Part shown: in pieces, positions 1 to 11,290 of the stretch
Position numbering within the stretch: position 1 is the stretch's first letter
Layout: every line of letters begins with the position of its first letter
Assembly: GCA_951406725.2 (NCBI GenBank)
Contig: OX597841.1
Coordinates: 22,320,001-22,384,000, forward strand
Length of the DNA: 64,000 nt
Reading direction: 5' to 3'
DNA from: Octopus vulgaris
Lineage: Eukaryota
The notes under the pieces: model-generated
The model's input: the letters and a program-made list of their open reading frames with translations, nothing else
Database searches by the model: none
What the model was told of the DNA's origin: nothing
Position numbers and translations under genes: made by a program

Positions 1-1973
1 CCGGTTAAAGCGCTACTCTGGGAGAATGATTTGCCACAGATATCACAGTGATATGGTGTCTCTCCTGTATGAATACGTTTATGAGTAGTTAGGTTACTGC
101 TGGCAGAGAAGGATTTGTTACAGATGTCACAGTGATGTGGCTTCTCTCCTGTATGAATACGTTTATGATCTGTCAAAGCACAGTTGCGAGGGAATGATTT
201 ACCACATATATTACAAGAATATGGTTTCTCTCCTGTATGTGTACGTTTGTGAGAAGCGAGAGCACTACAACGTGAGAATGATTTACTACAGATGTTACAC
301 TGATATGGCTTCTCTCCTGTATGAATGCGTTTGTGAGAATTGGAAGCACTTTGGTCAGAGAAAGATTTACCACACACATCACAGTGATATGGCTTCTCGC
401 CAGTATGAATACGTTTGTGTCTAGTCAATTTGTTATTTGCAGAGAATGATTTACCACAAATGTCACAGCGAAATCGCTTTTCCCCTGTATGAACAATCGT
501 GTGTGAATTTAAAGCACTCTGTTGAGAGAATGATGTACCACAGACATCACAGTGAAAGGGCTTCTCTCCTGTATGAATACGTTTGTGTACAAGCAATTCG
601 TAACTTGTACAGAATGATTTACCACAGATATCACAGTGGTATGGCTTTTCTCCTGTATGGAAACGTTTATGGATAGCTAAGTTGCCAAGTTGAAAGAATG
701 ATTTACCACAGATTTCACAGTGAAATGGCTTCTCTCCTGTATGAATGCGTTTGTGTTTAGTTAGGGTACTTCTACGAGAGAAAGTTTTATTACAGACATC
801 ACAGTGAAATGGCTTCTCTCCGGTATGGATATATTTATGTTCAGCTAAGTTGTCATTTCGGGAGAATGATTTACCACAGATATCACAAGAATAAGGTGTC
901 TCTCCTCTATGAATACGCTTGTGAATAGTCAGAATACTACTTACAGAGAAAGACTTGTTACAGATGTTGCAGCGATATGGCTTCTCACCCGTATGAATAC
1001 GTTTGTGAGAAGTTAAACTGCTTTTGCTTGAGAGCGATTTGCCACAGATATTACAGGAATATGGTGTCTCAACTGAATGAATATGTTTGTGCCTATCCAA
1101 GCCACCCTTTTGTGAGAATGATTTACTACAGATGTTACACTGATATGGCTTCTCTCCTGTATGAATACGCTTGTGAGAAATGACAACACTTCGGTCAGAG
1201 AATGATTTACCACAGATGACACAGTGAAATGGCTTCTCCCCTGTATGAATACGTTTATGAGTAATTAGGGTATTACTCTGAGAGAAAGATTTGTTACAGA
1301 TGTTGCAGTGATATGGCTTCTCCCCTGTATGAATACGTTTATGAGAAGTTAGCTGATTACTGACACAAAAAGATTTGTTGCAGATGTCACAGTGATATGG
1401 TTTCTCTCCTGTATGAACACGTCTGTGAGCAGTCAAAGAACTGCTGAGAGAAAATGATCTACTGCAGATATTACAAGAATATGGTGTCTCTCCTGTGTGA
1501 ATACGTTTATGATCAGTTAAAGTATTACTGTGAGAGAATGATTTACCACAGATGTCACAGTGAAATGGCTTCTCTCCTGTATGAACACGTTGGTGTGAAA
1601 TCAACTCCATTTTCTGAGAGAATGATTTACCACAAACATCACAGTGAAATGGCTTCTCTCCTGTATGAATACGTTTGTGTGTAGTCAATCTGCTATTTGC
1701 AGAGAATGATTTACCACAAATGTCACAGCGAAATGGCTTCTCTCTTGTATGAATACGTTTGTGTCTAGTCAATTTGCTATTTGCAGAGAATGATTTACCA
1801 CAAATGTCACAGTGAAATGGCTTTTCACCTATATGAATACATTTCTGCTTATTCAAGTTACCCTTTTCAGAGAAGGACTTTTTACAGACATCACATTCGT
1901 GTGACAATATACGTCTCTTCTTCACTTTGTCTTCTAGAAAAGTCAAATCCTTTGGTTCCTCACTATTTTCCAT
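1..1973 (-). CDS. C2H2 zinc-finger protein, gene 1 (3' end outside window; at least 22 finger units)
   Basis: ATG at 1973 gives [21 protein letters not shown], followed by 84-bp finger repeats with TGEKP linkers running off the left edge. Absent from the ORF track, consistent with no stop in the window; frame only spot-checked. Confidence 0.88.
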   Translation of the reverse strand, partial: MENSEEPKDLTFLEDKVKKRRILSHECDVCKKSFSEKGNLNKQKCIHIGEKPFHCDICGKSFSANSKLTRHKRIHTREKPFRCDICGKSFSANSRLTTHKRIHTGEKPFHCDVCGKSFSQKMELISHQRVHTGEKPFHCDICGKSFSHSNTLTDHKRIHTGETPYSCNICSRSFSLSSSLTAHRRVHTGEKPYHCDICNKSFCVSNQLTSHKRIHTGEKPYHCNICNKSFSQSNTLITHKRIHTGEKPFHCVICGKSFSDRSVVISHKRIHTGEKPYQCNICSKSFSQKGGLDRHKHIHSVETPYSCNICGKSLSSKSSLTSHKRIHTGEKPYRCNICNKSFSVSSILTIHKRIHRGETPYSCDICGKSFSRNDNLAEHKYIHTGEKPFHCDVCNKTFSRRSTLTKHKRIHTGEKPFHCEICGKSFFQLGNLAIHKRFHTGEKPYHCDICGKSFCTSYELLVHKRIHTGEKPFHCDVCGTSFSQQSALNSHTIVHTGEKRFRCDICGKSFSANNKLTRHKRIHTGEKPYHCDVCGKSFSDQSASNSHKRIHTGEKPYQCNICSKSFSRCSALASHKRTHTGEKPYSCNICGKSFPRNCALTDHKRIHTGEKPHHCDICNKSFSASSNLTTHKRIHTGETPYHCDICGKSFSQSSALT

Positions 1974-2490
1974 TTTATTTCTTTGAAAATCACAATAAAT
2001 ATATTTTTTCCTTCTCTTTGCTTCTACACTATTTTGTTTACAAATGTTTCAACTGCTGTATTTCTGTCCAGTAAATTTATCCAAGTTTAATTTCCACACA
2101 GACACATCTTGTAGACACTCCAGCCAGTGAAGTCCAGAAAGTTTGCTAAGAACACATTTCAAAGTGGAATTCTATGACACATTTTCAGAAACAATCTTAT
2201 ACATCTGTTCTGTACAATATTTTGGTCTTTAAAAGATGATAAATAATGAGAATGTATCTTCAGTTATGCCAATGTCATCTGATATTCTGAAATAATAAAG
2301 AAACAACAGTGTAAGATATAGAGGCTACTTAAAAAATACAGATTCAACATTTCCATAAAGATAAACTCTAGAAATAAACATTTAACTGAACAACAGAATT
2401 TTAAATTTATTAAAATTTACATCTTATGTGAAGCTAACATATTTGTAAACTCCAATTACACATTCACATTTAAAAATAAATACACACACA

Positions 2491-2890
2491 AGGCACAGGA
2501 GTGGCTGTGTGGTAAGTAGCTTGTTTACCAACCACATGGTTCCGGGTTCAGTCCCATTGCATGGCACTTTGGGCAAGTGTCTTCTACTATATCCTCAGGC
2601 CGACCAATGCCTTGTGAGTGGATTTGGTAGACGAAACTGAAAGAAGCCCGTCGTATATATGTATATATATATATATATATGTGTGTGTTTGTGTTTGTCC
2701 CCCTAGCATTGATTGATAACCGATGCTGGTGTGTTTATGTCCCCGTTACTTGGCGCTTCGGCAAAAGAGACCCATAGAATAAGTACTGGGCTTACAAAAG
2801 TATAAGTCCCGGGGTCGAGTTGCTCGATTAAAAAGGCGGTGCTCCAGTATGACCGCAGTCAAAATGACTGAAACAAGTAAAAGAGAAAAG
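2491..2890 (+). mobile_element. tRNA-derived SINE family A; copies at ~10328-10735, 18350-18680, 22435-24662 (interrupted), 34951-35350, 42204-44425 (interrupted), 60540-60946, 60970-61131
   Basis: A box GTGGCTGTGTGGTAAG, B box GGTTCAGTCCC, internal (TA)n/(TG)n tract; resembles described octopus SINEs, family name not verified. Confidence 0.75.
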
Positions 2891-3327
2891 AGTACACACA
2901 CACACACACACACAGTGAGAACAGTCAAAATCAAAATCAAAGGAAATGAAATCAGATATCAGAAAGCAGAACCAAAATCGAGGTCGATCAACATCAGTGG
3001 AAGTTGCAGCAGTGGTTAAGCGAACCATCCGATCGTGGTCGCTGCCGGCGCCGCCTGGCCCCCGGGCCAGTGGCACGTAAAAGCACCATCCGTTCGTGTC
3101 CGCTGCCAGCCTCGCCTGGCCCCCGGGCCGGTGGCACGTAAAAAGCACCCACTACACTCATTGGAGACAAGATCGGGATTCGTAGTGGGTGGGAAAAACA
3201 AATGGGGAAACGATGGAGCGTGTAGAAGGTAGGCTCCATAGCTAGAAATAGCAGCCAAATGTCGCACACATCAAAGGACATCTAAAACACCAAAGTATTG
3301 AAAGATTAAACGATTTCATTGTTTAAT

Positions 3328-3500
3328 ACTTACGGAAATGTCTTTATAAAGGATGGTGTTGTTGTTAGAAGTGCGTCAGGTGGTTGAGAAATGTATTATA
3401 AATGTGTTTGGGAGTGAATTGAGAGAAATTCTGGCACCAGACATGTGCGCAGAGATTTCAGGAATGGAGGCGGAAATACGCTTAGTGCGCATGCGTATGA
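3328..3500 (-). promoter_or_regulatory. Putative promoter and non-coding exon 1 of gene 1
   Basis: TGCGCATGCG (NRF-1 consensus) at ~3486, GGCGGAAAT nearby, minus-strand donor TCC|GTAAGT at 3333; matching acceptor TTTCTTTATTATTTCAG at 2288-2287. Confidence 0.65.
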
Positions 3501-3589
3501 AACATTCATTTCACATTTTGTCACAAGGCCAGCAATTTCGGTGACAGTGGGTGGGTCCCTAAAGTCGATTACACGAAGCTTAATGGGTT

Positions 3590-3973
3590 GAAGCACTCCG
3601 TCGGTTACGACGACGAGGGTTCCGGTTGATCCGAATCAACGGAACAGCCTGCTCGTGAAATTAAAGTGTAAGTGGCTGAGCACTCCACAGACACGTGTAC
3701 CCTTAACGTAGTTCTAGGGGATATTCAGCGTGACACAGAGAGTGATAAGGCCGGCCCCTTGAAATACAGGTACAACAGAAACAGGAAGTAAGAGTGAGAG
3801 AAAGTTGTGGTGAAAGAGTACAGCAGGGATCACCACCATCCCCTGCCGGAGCCTCGTGGAGCTTTTAGGTGTTTTCGCTCAATAAACACTTAGAACGCCC
3901 AGTCTGTGAATCGAAACCGCGATCCTATGACCGCGAGTCCGCTGCCCTAACCACTGGGCCATTGCGCCTCCAC
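3590..3973 (-). mobile_element. tRNA-derived SINE family B; copies at ~11380-11760, 19515-19897, 21355-21737 (+), 35990-36374, 45085-45466; related element at 61225-61516
   Basis: tRNA-like head GGCGCAATGGCCCAGTGGTTAGGGCAGCGGACTCGCGG...GTTTCGATTC followed by a conserved body. Confidence 0.75.
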
Positions 3974-4376
3974 TAACGAACCTTAGTAGTCAACTGGTAA
4001 TTTATTTTATTGACCCGCCAAAAAAAAGGCGAAAGGCAAACCTGACCCCGAAACGATGAAAGGCACAGTCGACTTCCCCGTAGTTTCGGTATACGTAGAA
4101 AAGGTGCACCCTGCCTACTGGATCGATTCAATCTGACGTGTGATTTAGGTAGGGGGATACTTTGGCTGCTATTTTTAGCGAGTCGAGCGGCCAGGTAGAG
4201 GCTCTTTCATTGGTTTGATTGCGTGATGAGATTTTTTGACACCTATACGTACGTATATATATATATATCATCGGCAGAAGTCTGAGAGTAAGTCAAAAGA
4301 TAAGAGTTTCAAGTATTGGCACTCATGAAACACGAATTTGGCCATTGTCACTCTGAAACTTCTGCCTATCATTAAC

Positions 4377-4408
<32 letters not shown>

Positions 4409-4410
<2 letters not shown>

Positions 4411-4690
4411 CATCATCATCACCATCATCGTTTAACGTCCGTTTTAAGTGCTAGCATGGGTTGGACGGTTCGACCGGGGTCTCGTAAGCCATGGAGGCTG
4501 CACCAGGCTCCAGTCTGAATTGGCAGTGTTTCTACAGCTGGATGCCCTTCCTAACGCCAACCACTCCGTGAGTGTAGTGGGTGTTTTTTACGTGCCACTG
4601 GCACAGGAGACAGAGCAGGGTGGCAAACAGCCACGATCGGTTGGTGCTTTTACGTGTCACCGACACAGACGCCAATCAGGCGACGCTGAC
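4409..4690 (-). mobile_element. RTE LINE 3'-end fragment; copies at ~12190-12475, 20327-20505, 20635-20910 (+), 23555-23970 (+), 36813-37092, 42902-43316, 45912-46190
   Basis: Matches 56560-56735, including GGCGTTAGGAAGGGCATCCAGCTGTAGAAA and the (GAT)n tail. Confidence 0.8.
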
Positions 4691-4717
4691 AAGAATAAAA
4701 TTCTAATCATTCTGGAT

Positions 4718-5895
4718 TATGCATTAACTGGTGTAGTAGGTGTCCCTGGAGTTACCATAAGTAAACAAATGACAAGAAGATCTAGGACTGTTATTTATTA
4801 CAAACCCTTATAAAAATACATGGCAAATGTCTTACAAATTGTGAAGTAACAGGTTTGGCAAGTTTTAACGAATTCTATCTGGAACAGTGGGAGTTGTATC
4901 ACAGTTGAAATTCTGTAGCATGTTCATGGTTTGGTTCCGTGTGTTGGGCAGCATCTGTTGTTGTGATCTGTCTGTTGCTGTAGAGGAAGTACAAGTTTAC
5001 CAGGCCAGAGAGAGAGAGATGAGGAATGAAGACAGAAACGGGTGTGCCGCCACAAAGGAGATACATGGTTACCCAGCCTGAGGGAAATGCAGGAGAAGGA
5101 GATAGAGGGTGGGAGACAACACGATGGAGATACTGGCAAAATGATGGGCGTATTCACTAGGGAGGGGATCAGAACATAAATGGGGATGGTTGAGTAAGGG
5201 AAGAAAGAGATATAGATGGTGGCAAGGGCCAGGACATACCCTTAAGGTTCAAACGTCATAATATAAGGGACAGGATACTGTAAATGTGGCGAGCTGGCAG
5301 GAACGTTAGGCTCTGAGTTCAAATTCCGCTGAGGTCGACATCCTTTTGGGGTCGATTAAATAAGTACCAGTTACGCGCTGGAGTCGATGTAATCGACTTA
5401 ATCCCTTTGTCTGTCCTTGTTTGATTCCTCTCTGTGTTTAGCCCCTTGTGGGTGGTAAAGGAATAGGATACTGCAAAGGAAGCATGATTAGAGCGTAGGG
5501 GGTGTTGAGTTTTAACGAACTCTATCTGGAACAGTGGAAGTTGTATCACAGTTGAAATTCTGTAGCATTGGTTATGAGTTTTGCTTGCGAGTTAACTGTG
5601 GCTGGTTCATCTTGATGTACCTGTGTGTTGGTTATGCATTCACTGGTCTAGTCTGTCTGCCTGGAGTTACCGAATACAAAAGAATGACAAGAAGAACCAC
5701 GTAAATTCAATGCGATTTATTTATTACAACCCTTTATAAAAATACATGGCAAATGTCTTACATATTGTGAAGTAACAGGTTTGGCAAGTTTTAACGAACT
5801 CTATCTGGAACGGTGGAAGTTGTATCACAGTTGAAATTCTGTAGCATCTTCCTGGTTTGGTTCTGTGTGCTGGGCAGCATCAGTTGTCCTGATCT
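4718..5895. repeat. Intra-unit dispersed direct repeat (~250 bp twice, 57-bp core three times)
   Basis: TTTTAACGAAYTCTATCTGGAAC...GAAATTCTGTAGCAT at ~4863, 5510 and 5789; repeated in each complete unit. Confidence 0.75.
5288..5470 (+). mobile_element. SINE family C; further copies at ~6803-7030 (-), at equivalent positions in each unit, and 62440-62720
   Basis: Head GGCGAGCTGGCAG...GAGTTCAAATTCC and body TCCTTTxGGGGTCGAT...AAGTACCAG. Confidence 0.7.
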
Positions 5896-6042
5896 CATCT
5901 CCATCTCTCCTTCTTTCTCTCTGCACAAAAACGGTAAGGACCATTCCTTATATAATGACTGGTGGTCCGGAAGAGAAACTAGTATCTTCAGTGCTTGCAA
6001 TTTCACTTGCCTTCATGTACCTTCTCATTTGTAATAATTTAA

Positions 6043-6615
6043 CACATTCGTTACTGCATTTATTTTGAGATGCTCTGTTTCTTTCAATTACTTTAAATAT
6101 AACAAAGAATTTAGTAAAATAACTTAGTTACCATTGAGCTAGTGTTAGGAGCATATATTGTGACTAAGATTTAGTGGAAGATTTGAATTCAAAACTTCTG
6201 AAAACAAGACATTTGTACTCAGAACCAGAGCCGGTTTCAGCCGGGTTGGTATTGAAGGGGTTAAACACACCTCTACATTTGGGCAGATGGACATAAGAAG
6301 TTGGAAGGGTGTGAACTGAAGGAAATTAGGCTGTTATTTCTAGCATATAGAATGACCACACTGAGGTCTCCATCTCTCATGTCTTCTGCTGATTAATTTT
6401 CTTCTTAACCCTTTCATTACTGTATTTATTTTGAGATGCTCTGTTTCTTTCAATTACTTTAAATATAACAAAGAATTTAGTAAAATAACTTAGTTATCAT
6501 TGAGCTAGTGTTAGGAGCATATATTGTGACTAAGATTTGGTGGAAGATTTGAATTCAAAACTTCTGAAAACAAGACATTTGTACTCAGAGCCAGAGTCGG
6601 TTAGTAACGAAAGGG
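6043..6615. mobile_element. Pair of piggyBac-like MITEs (6043-6260, 6409-6615); also at ~13825-14031, 28752-28906, 31000-31561, 38447-38653, 47541-48475
   Basis: TTAA-flanked, with CCCTTTCRTTAC...GTAACGAAAGGG termini. Confidence 0.75.
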
Positions 6616-7995
6616 TTAAAGATTAATAGCCAGGAAGACAATATGCTTCCTATAAATATAAATGTTGGGTTTCTTTCAGTTTCCCTCTAAAAAACCCACT
6701 CACAAGGGTTTGTTCAGCTTAATGTTCTAGTAGAATAGACTTGCATAAGGTGCCATGTAGTGGGACTGATCCCAGAAGCATGCAGTTGCGAAGCAAGGTT
6801 CATACCTATTTCTTTACTACCCACAAGGGGCTAAACACAGAGAGGACAAACAAACGAATTAAGTCGATTATATCGACCCCAGTGCGTAACTGGTACTTAT
6901 TTAATCGACCCCGAAAGGATGAAAGGCAAAGCGGACCTCAACCGAATTTGAACTCAGAACGTTAGTGGCAGATGAATTACTGCAAAGCGTTTCGCCCGGC
7001 ATGCTAACGGTTCTGCCAGCTCGCTGCCTTGCTTAGGAAGCAAGGTTCAAACCACACGGCCACACCTATTGGTTTTAACAGATTCTTAAAATTCATGCAA
7101 GACAAAATTTAAAATATGCAAAAAAGTTGCTTTTAATAAAAATAAAAATATCCCACAGGTGAGTTACCTGAGATGTGGTGAAATAAACTCTGAAGTAAGG
7201 AGGCTGATATCACACACAGCTCTATCTCCTCTCCTGGGTGATTACATTTATAGTTAGAGAGAGTGTTCCTTATTCTTTATGTTTTGGTATAGAAGGAACT
7301 TCCACAATTACAACAATTCCCTGATGAATAGTTTGGTTAATGCCATGGAGAAAGCCCACAACACTACCACAATTTCAGAAGCTCAAAATGCTTATTGTTC
7401 TTATGAATTGTCACATTGATAGTCATACATCTATATGAATAGAAACACATTTAGTAAACACCAGAAGTACCGAGCGGTCATTTTTCACCAATTCTGCTTA
7501 TTACTTTTTAATTCCTACAACTGTATTGAATGTGCAATCATGAGCATCATATCAAGTATATGTGCATAGATATATATTTTTCACATGTAAATAAATGCTA
7601 AAAGAATGTATTTTCAAATCCTTTATTCAATGCATTTGCTGATATTTAAAATAAATTGTATTAAATGTGATTTTCAATGACAGTCAGAAATGGTCCCCTA
7701 TGGTCCTTGTAGGAAGTAAGAAATGTTGTTACTTGTAGGGTTAGCTCTTTAGCATTTAAAGTGGCCATACCTGGTCCAAATTTTCTATCTATCTTACAGT
7801 CAAACTAGCCAGAGTTGGCCTCTTGCACCTACCCTACAATGTCATTCTAAATACAAACAATCATATCGTAAAAACTTGAAAGCTGTGAGATAATGTAAGA
7901 CAATTTGAAAATAATGTGAATAAATAAACATCACATTCGACAAAATATCCTGCATGGTAAAGGGTTCAGTCACCACTCACAGAGAAAAAGTTTTC

Positions 7996-9822
7996 TCATG
8001 TATGAATACGCTTGTGAGAAGTTAAGTTACTAGTTTGAGAGAATGATTTGCCACAGCTATCGCAGTGATATGGCTTCTCTCCTGTATGAATATGCTTGTG
8101 CATAGTCAAAGAAGAACTTACAGAAAATGATAGACCACAGATGTCACAGTGGTATGGCTTCTCACCTGTATGAATACGCTTGTGCATAGTCAAAGAAGAA
8201 CTTACAGAAAATGATAGACCACAGATATCACAGTGGTATGGCTTCTCACCTGTATGAATACGTTTGTGATAAGTTAAAGTGTTGTTGCGAGGGAATGATT
8301 TACCACATATATTACAAGAATATGGTTTCTCTCCTGTATGTGTACGTTTATGATAAGTTAAAGAGGAGTTGCGAGGGAATGATTTACCACATATATTACA
8401 AGAATATGGTTTCTCTCCTGTATGTGTACGTTTGTGAGAAGTGAGAGAACTACTATGAGAGAATGATTTACTACAGATGTTACACTGATATGGCTTCTCT
8501 CCTGTATGAATGCGTTTGTGAGAATTGGAAGCACTTTGGTCGGAGAAGGATTTACCACACACATCACAGTGATATGGCTTCTCTCCAGTATGAATACGTT
8601 TGTGTTTAGTCAAGTTATTATTTTGAGAGAATGATTTACCACAAATATCACAGCGAAATCGCTTTTCCCCTGTATGAACAATCGTGTGTGAATTTAAAGC
8701 ACTCTGTTGAGAGAATGATGTACCACAGACATCACAGTGAAAGGGCTTCTCCCCTGTATGAATACGTTTGTGTACAAGCAATTTGGAACTTTTACAGAAT
8801 GATTTACCACAGATATCACAAGAATATGGTGTTTCTCCTGTATGAATACGTTTATGAGTAATTAGGTTACTACTGGTAGAGAGAGATTTGTTACAGACAT
8901 CACAGTGAAATGGCTTCTCTCCCGTATGGATATATTTATGTTTAGCTAAGTTGTCATTTCGGGAGAATGATTTACCACAGATATCACAAGAATAAGGTGT
9001 CTCTCCTGTATGAATACGCTTGTGTACAAGCAATTTGGAACTTTGAGAGAATGATTTACCACAGATATCACAAGAATATGGTGTTTCTCCTGTATGAATA
9101 CGTTTATGACTAATTAGGTTACTACTGGTAGAGAGAGATTTGTTACAGACATCACAGTGAAATGGCTTCTCTCCCGTATGGATATATTTATGTGTAGCTA
9201 AGGTGTCATTTCGGGAGAATGATTTACCACAGATATCACAAGAATAAGGTGTCTCTCCTGTATGAATACGCTTGTGAATAGTAAGATTACTAATTACAGT
9301 GAAAGACTTGTTACAGATGTTGCAGCGATATGGTTTCTCTCCTGTATGAACACGTTTGTGAGCAGTCAAAGAACTGCTGCTAGAAAATGATTTACTACAG
9401 ATATTACAGGAATATGGTGTCTCTCCTGTGTGAATACGTTTATGATGCGTTAAAGTACTACTGTGAGAGAACGATTTACCACAGATGTTACAGTGAAATG
9501 ACTTCTCTCCTGTATGAACACGTTGGTGTGAAATCAACTCCATTTTTTGAGAGAATGATTTACCACAGATATCACAGTGAAATGGTTTCTCTCCTGTATG
9601 AATACGTTTGTGTCTAGTCAAGTTGCCATTTGCAGAGAATGATTTACCACAAATGTCACAGTGAAATGCCGTTTCACCTGTATGAATACATTTCTGCTTA
9701 TTCAAGTTACCCTTTTCAGAGAAGGACTTTTTACAGACATCACATTCGTGTGACAATATACGTCTCTTCTTCACTTTGTCTTCTAGAAAAGTCAAATCTT
9801 TTGGTTCCTCACTATTTTCCAT
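7996..9822 (-). CDS. C2H2 zinc-finger protein, gene 2 (21 finger units)
   Basis: ORF 7996..9876 (GTG start); the first ATG at 9822 matches the paralogous start MENSEE. Pattern CxxC-x12-H-x3-H with TGEKP linkers. Confidence 0.95.
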   Translation of the reverse strand: MENSEEPKDLTFLEDKVKKRRILSHECDVCKKSFSEKGNLNKQKCIHTGETAFHCDICGKSFSANGNLTRHKRIHTGEKPFHCDICGKSFSQKMELISHQRVHTGEKSFHCNICGKSFSHSSTLTHHKRIHTGETPYSCNICSKSFSSSSSLTAHKRVHTGEKPYRCNICNKSFTVISNLTIHKRIHTGETPYSCDICGKSFSRNDTLATHKYIHTGEKPFHCDVCNKSLSTSSNLISHKRIHTGETPYSCDICGKSFSQSSKLLVHKRIHTGETPYSCDICGKSFSRNDNLAKHKYIHTGEKPFHCDVCNKSLSTSSNLITHKRIHTGETPYSCDICGKSFCKSSKLLVHKRIHTGEKPFHCDVCGTSFSQQSALNSHTIVHTGEKRFRCDICGKSFSQNNNLTKHKRIHTGEKPYHCDVCGKSFSDQSASNSHKRIHTGEKPYQCNICSKSFSHSSSLTSHKRTHTGEKPYSCNICGKSFPRNSSLTYHKRTHTGEKPYSCNICGKSFPRNNTLTYHKRIHTGEKPYHCDICGLSFSVSSSLTMHKRIHTGEKPYHCDICGLSFSVSSSLTMHKHIHTGEKPYHCDSCGKSFSQTSNLTSHKRIHT

Positions 9823-10498
9823 TTTATTTCTTTGAAAATCACAATAGATATATTTTTTCCTTCTCTTTGCTTCCACACTGTTTTGTTTACAAATATTTCA
9901 ACTGCTGTATTTCTGTCCAGTAAATTTATCCAAGTTTAATTTCCACACAGACACTCCAGCCAGTGAAGTCCAGAAAGTTTGCTAAGAACACATTTCAAAG
10001 TGGAATTCTATGACACATTTTCAGAAACAATCTTATACATCTGTTCTGTACAATATTTTGGTCTTTAAAAGATGAAAAATAATTAGAACGTATCTTCAGT
10101 TATGCCAATGTCATCTGATATTCTGAAATAATAAAGAAACAACAGTGTAAGATATAGAGGCTACTTAAAAAATACTGATTCAACATTTCCATAAAGATAA
10201 ACTCTAGAAATAAACATTTACCTGAACAACAGAATTTTAAATTTATTAAAATTTACATCTTATGTGAAGCTAACATATTTGTAAACTCCAATTACACATT
10301 CACATTTAAAAATAAATACACACACAAGGCACAGGAGTGGCTGTGTGGTAAGTAGCTTGTTTACCAACCACATGGTTCCGGGTTCAGTCCCGTTGCATGG
10401 CACTTTGGGCAAGTGTCTTCTACTATATCCTCAGGCCGACCAAAGCCTTGTGAGTGGATTTGGTAGACGGAAACTGAAAGAAGCCCGTCGTATATATG

Positions 10499-10533
<35 letters not shown>

Positions 10534-11113
10534 TTGTGTTTGTCCCCCTAGCATTGATTGATAACCGATGCTGGTGTGTTTATGTCCCCGTTACATGGCG
10601 GATCGGCAAAAGAGACCCATAGAATAAGTACTGGGCTTACAAAAGTATAAGTCCCGGGGTCGAGTTGCTCGATTAAAAAGGCGGTGCTCCAGTATGACCG
10701 CAGTCAAAATGACTGAAACAAGTAAAAGAGTAAAGAGTACACACACACACACACACACACAGTGAGAACAGTCAAAATCAAAATCAAAGGAAATGAAATC
10801 AGATATCAGAAAGCAGAACCAAAATCGAGGTCGATCAACATCAGTGGAAGTTGCAGCAGTGGTTAAGCGAACCATCCGATCGTGGTCGCTGCCGGCTCCG
10901 CCTGGACCCCGGGCCGGTGGCACGTAAAAAGCACCCACTACACTCATTGGAGACAAGATCGGGATTCGTAGGGGGTGGGAAAAACACTTGGGGAAACGAT
11001 GGAGCGTGTAGGAGGTTGCCGCCATAGCTAGAAATAGCAGCCAAATGTCGCACACATCAAAGGACATCTAAAACACCAAAGTATTGAAAGATTAAATGAT
11101 TTCATTGTTTAAT

Positions 11114-11290
11114 ACTTACGGAAAAGTCTTTATAAAGGATGGTGTTGTTGTTAGAAGTGCGTCAGGTGGTAGAGAAATGTATTATAAATGTGTTTGGGAG
11201 TGAATTGAGAGAAATTCTGGCACCAGACATGTGCGCAGAGATCTCAGGAATTGAGGCGGAAATGCGATTAGTGCGCATGCGTATGAAATA
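11114..11290 (-). promoter_or_regulatory. Putative promoter and exon 1 of gene 2
   Basis: Same module; donor at 11119, acceptor at 10124-10123, YY1-like ATGGCGGC at ~11018-11025. Confidence 0.65.

Noticed and set aside
137-2074. Many 60-110 aa ORFs overlapping ZNF genes (MIYHRYHS..., MASLLYEYV...)
   Set aside because: They are antisense or alternate-frame shadows of the 84-bp finger repeat; their recurrence is explained by duplication.
3895-3973. tRNA-like sequence
   Set aside because: It continues into a ~300-bp conserved body without a proper acceptor stem or terminator, so it is a SINE head rather than a tRNA gene.
4863-5850. 57-bp direct repeat three times per unit, superficially CRISPR-like
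   Set aside because: Spacers are ~590 and ~220 bp and partly homologous, the context is eukaryotic and there are no cas genes; it is a local duplication.
2746-6965. Short ORFs recurring in every unit (MVLLLEV..., MSFDVCDIW..., MIQLPLFQ..., MKLQALK...)
   Set aside because: They overlap SINEs, RTE UTR or the promoter, are broken by frameshifts and stops in some copies, and show no domain signature.
7152-7172. Perfect plus-strand donor CAG|GTGAGT in every 3' flank
   Set aside because: No associated exon or promoter was found, and identity across units reflects duplication only.
9823-9876. GTG-initiated N-terminal extension [11 protein letters not shown] in genes 2, 5 and 7
   Set aside because: The codon is GTA or ATA in the other paralogues and the locus is eukaryotic; the conserved ATG 18 codons downstream is the likelier start.
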